A DNA stretch of 63,640 nt, filler included, from Guillardia theta CCMP2712 (Eukaryota; Protista; Cryptophyta): the NCBI RefSeq assembly GCF_000315625.1. It is 6 parts of 6 records of this genome, joined end to end, with 100 filler letters (N's around TTAATTAATTAA, not from the genome) between each part and the next. Parts side by side here need not be neighbours in the genome. Positions count along the whole stretch, not along the records: positions 53,643 to 63,640 come from NW_005434273.1; 5 more parts are not named here. The stretch is one strand, 5' to 3'. The notes under the pieces were generated by a model. That model did not search any database, was not told where the DNA came from, and was given only the letters and a program-made list of their open reading frames with translations. Each line of letters begins with the position of its first letter. The stretch's first letter is position 1. The position numbers were made by a program, and so were the translations under genes. Positions 62,108 through 63,640 of this stretch are shown here, one piece after another.

Positions 62108-62698
62108 ATGGTACTAGTGGAAGGCGGAGAGGGAGTAAAGAGAGGAGGGGAAGGAGGAGAGGGAAAGGAGAGAGATGGAGGAGAGGGATCATATGCATCA
62201 GGAGGAAGAGCGGTAGGAGGTGGAGAATGGAGAAAAATGAAAGGCAAGGAAGAAGGAGGATTGGGAGAGGAGGCAGGGGCAGGGGCAGCAGGACCAGCAC
62301 TGCAGGAGACGTTCGATGGATCCGGAGGGTCAGCGGTGACTGCAAGAGGAGACATGATAGCGGTGAGAGCTAGCGATGCTACCACTCCGTTGCGGAGCAA
62401 AGCTCAGCAGGGCCGCCCAAGGACAGTCAAACTATGTGAACATGGGCGAAAAATACGATCTCGGTGTAAGGAGTGCGGAGGAAAGAGCTTCTGCGAGCAC
62501 GGGCGCCGACGATCTTCGTGCCGGGCTTGCGGGGGACGGGAGATCTGCGAGCATGCGCGACGGCGATCAGAATGCAAGGCGTGCGGTGGGGCGAGCATCT
62601 GTGAGCACGGGCGGCGTCGATGGTCGTGCAAGGAATGTCGGGGAGGGAGCATGTGCAAGCACAGGCTGTTGCGATCGCTATGCGGAGTTTGTTGTTGA
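62108..62698 (+). CDS. Protein with five 18-aa C/H repeats (CEHGRRRSxCKECGGxSI), putative zinc-binding
   Basis: Repeats visible in ORF 61910-62698; ATG start at 62108 inferred. Confidence 0.7.
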   Translation: MVLVEGGEGVKRGGEGGEGKERDGGEGSYASGGRAVGGGEWRKMKGKEEGGLGEEAGAGAAGPALQETFDGSGGSAVTARGDMIAVRASDATTPLRSKAQQGRPRTVKLCEHGRKIRSRCKECGGKSFCEHGRRRSSCRACGGREICEHARRRSECKACGGASICEHGRRRWSCKECRGGSMCKHRLLRSLCGVCC

Positions 62699-62999
62699 GG
62701 CAGAAACTTCTGACCATTGAGGGGAGCGTGCGGGTACAAGAGAAGTGATCGTTGAAGTCAGCTGAAGGGTCTCTTGGCAAGGATGACAAGCCGTTGTTGG
62801 AGTAGGATGATTGAGTAGCCTTGTGAGTACACCCTTTACTCGTGAGATAGGGAGGAGCAGGATTGGGGTGCAGGGAGAGGGAGGGAGGGAGGGAGGGAGG
62901 GAGAAGAAGGGCGAGGGGATGAGAGAAGGTAAGAGGGAGGAGGAGACAAATCTGGAAGAGTATGACAGGACTGGGACAGGCAAGACAGTCAGGACGGGG

Positions 63000-63640
63000 T
63001 TCCTGCTCTAGAGCTCAGCTTCTCGTGCTCCTCTGGAACGGACTCTCGCTCATAGTCGGCAAGCTTGCGAGAGCATGCGAGTCACATGAAGGAAAGTCAG
63101 GCAGCAGGAGGTACCCGCTGTAGACGGTAGCGTGCATGCCGCGGCGGAGAAAGTTCCAGCCCTGGTAGGGGAAAAGTGTTCAGAGGACGGTAGAACATGG
63201 CAGGGGGGAGCGAGGGCGAGGGCCAGGAGGATGAGGAGGACATGAAGTGACTCCTGAACCTTGTTGGACATGATTGCTGTCCTTAACAGACGATGATTCC
63301 TGTTAGCGGCCTTGCGAGTCGCGAGCATGAGCTCGACTTGGAGGCGAAGATCCTCTTCCAATGCTGCAAGAGGATGAGGAGAAAGAGGGAGAAGGATCAA
63401 GGAGAGAGGAAGGAGAAGGGGGAGAGAAGGGGAGGAGGGGAGGAGGGGAGAGGAATAGAAGGCGAGAGGTAGGCAGAGAGGATAGAAGTGAGGAGGAGGA
63501 GGAGGAGGAGAAGGAGGAGGAGGAGGAGGAAGCGCGTCCGTGACCTCTCAACTGCTCCATCCTCTCCTGCATCCTCCCGTTCTTGACCGCAGCGATACTG
63601 AAGATGAGATCGCCAGCAAGCATCTTGGAGGAGAACAAAG
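63000..63640 (-). CDS. 3' part of a multi-exon hypothetical gene
   Basis: Exons FSSKMLAGDLIFSIAAVKNGRMQERMEQLR and ALEEDLRLQVELMLATRK. Confidence 0.4.

Overview
Eukaryotic nuclear DNA from an alga with a secondary plastid, most likely a cryptophyte of the Guillardia/Hanusia type. This is inferred from short GT-AG introns, purine-tract microsatellites, nuclear ChlD, and signal peptide + Phe leaders. The window is not one locus: five N-flanked TTAATTAATTAA linkers join six unrelated scaffolds. Recognisable genes are an organellar Asn-tRNA synthetase with a layered targeting leader, ChlD (3' half), TAF8, a double-telobox Myb protein with an H1-like tail, a YfcD-like Nudix hydrolase, and PDZ, C2, HEAT, LRR, C-type-lectin membrane, multi-PAS/LOV-like and CEHGR-repeat proteins. 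The most striking structure is at 34.1-37.1 kb. There an intron-less, Cys-rich membrane-protein gene relic has been cut by four same-orientation, 5'-truncated copies of one RLE-type (CRE-like) non-LTR retroelement, plus a 15-nt GC-rich insert flanked by an 8-bp direct repeat. Removing two of the inserts restores the reading frame. The same short-insert and palindrome vocabulary builds large degenerate intergenic zones that sit only upstream of genes, mostly between head-to-head pairs. This suggests an insertion-based mutational or defence process (inference, untested).
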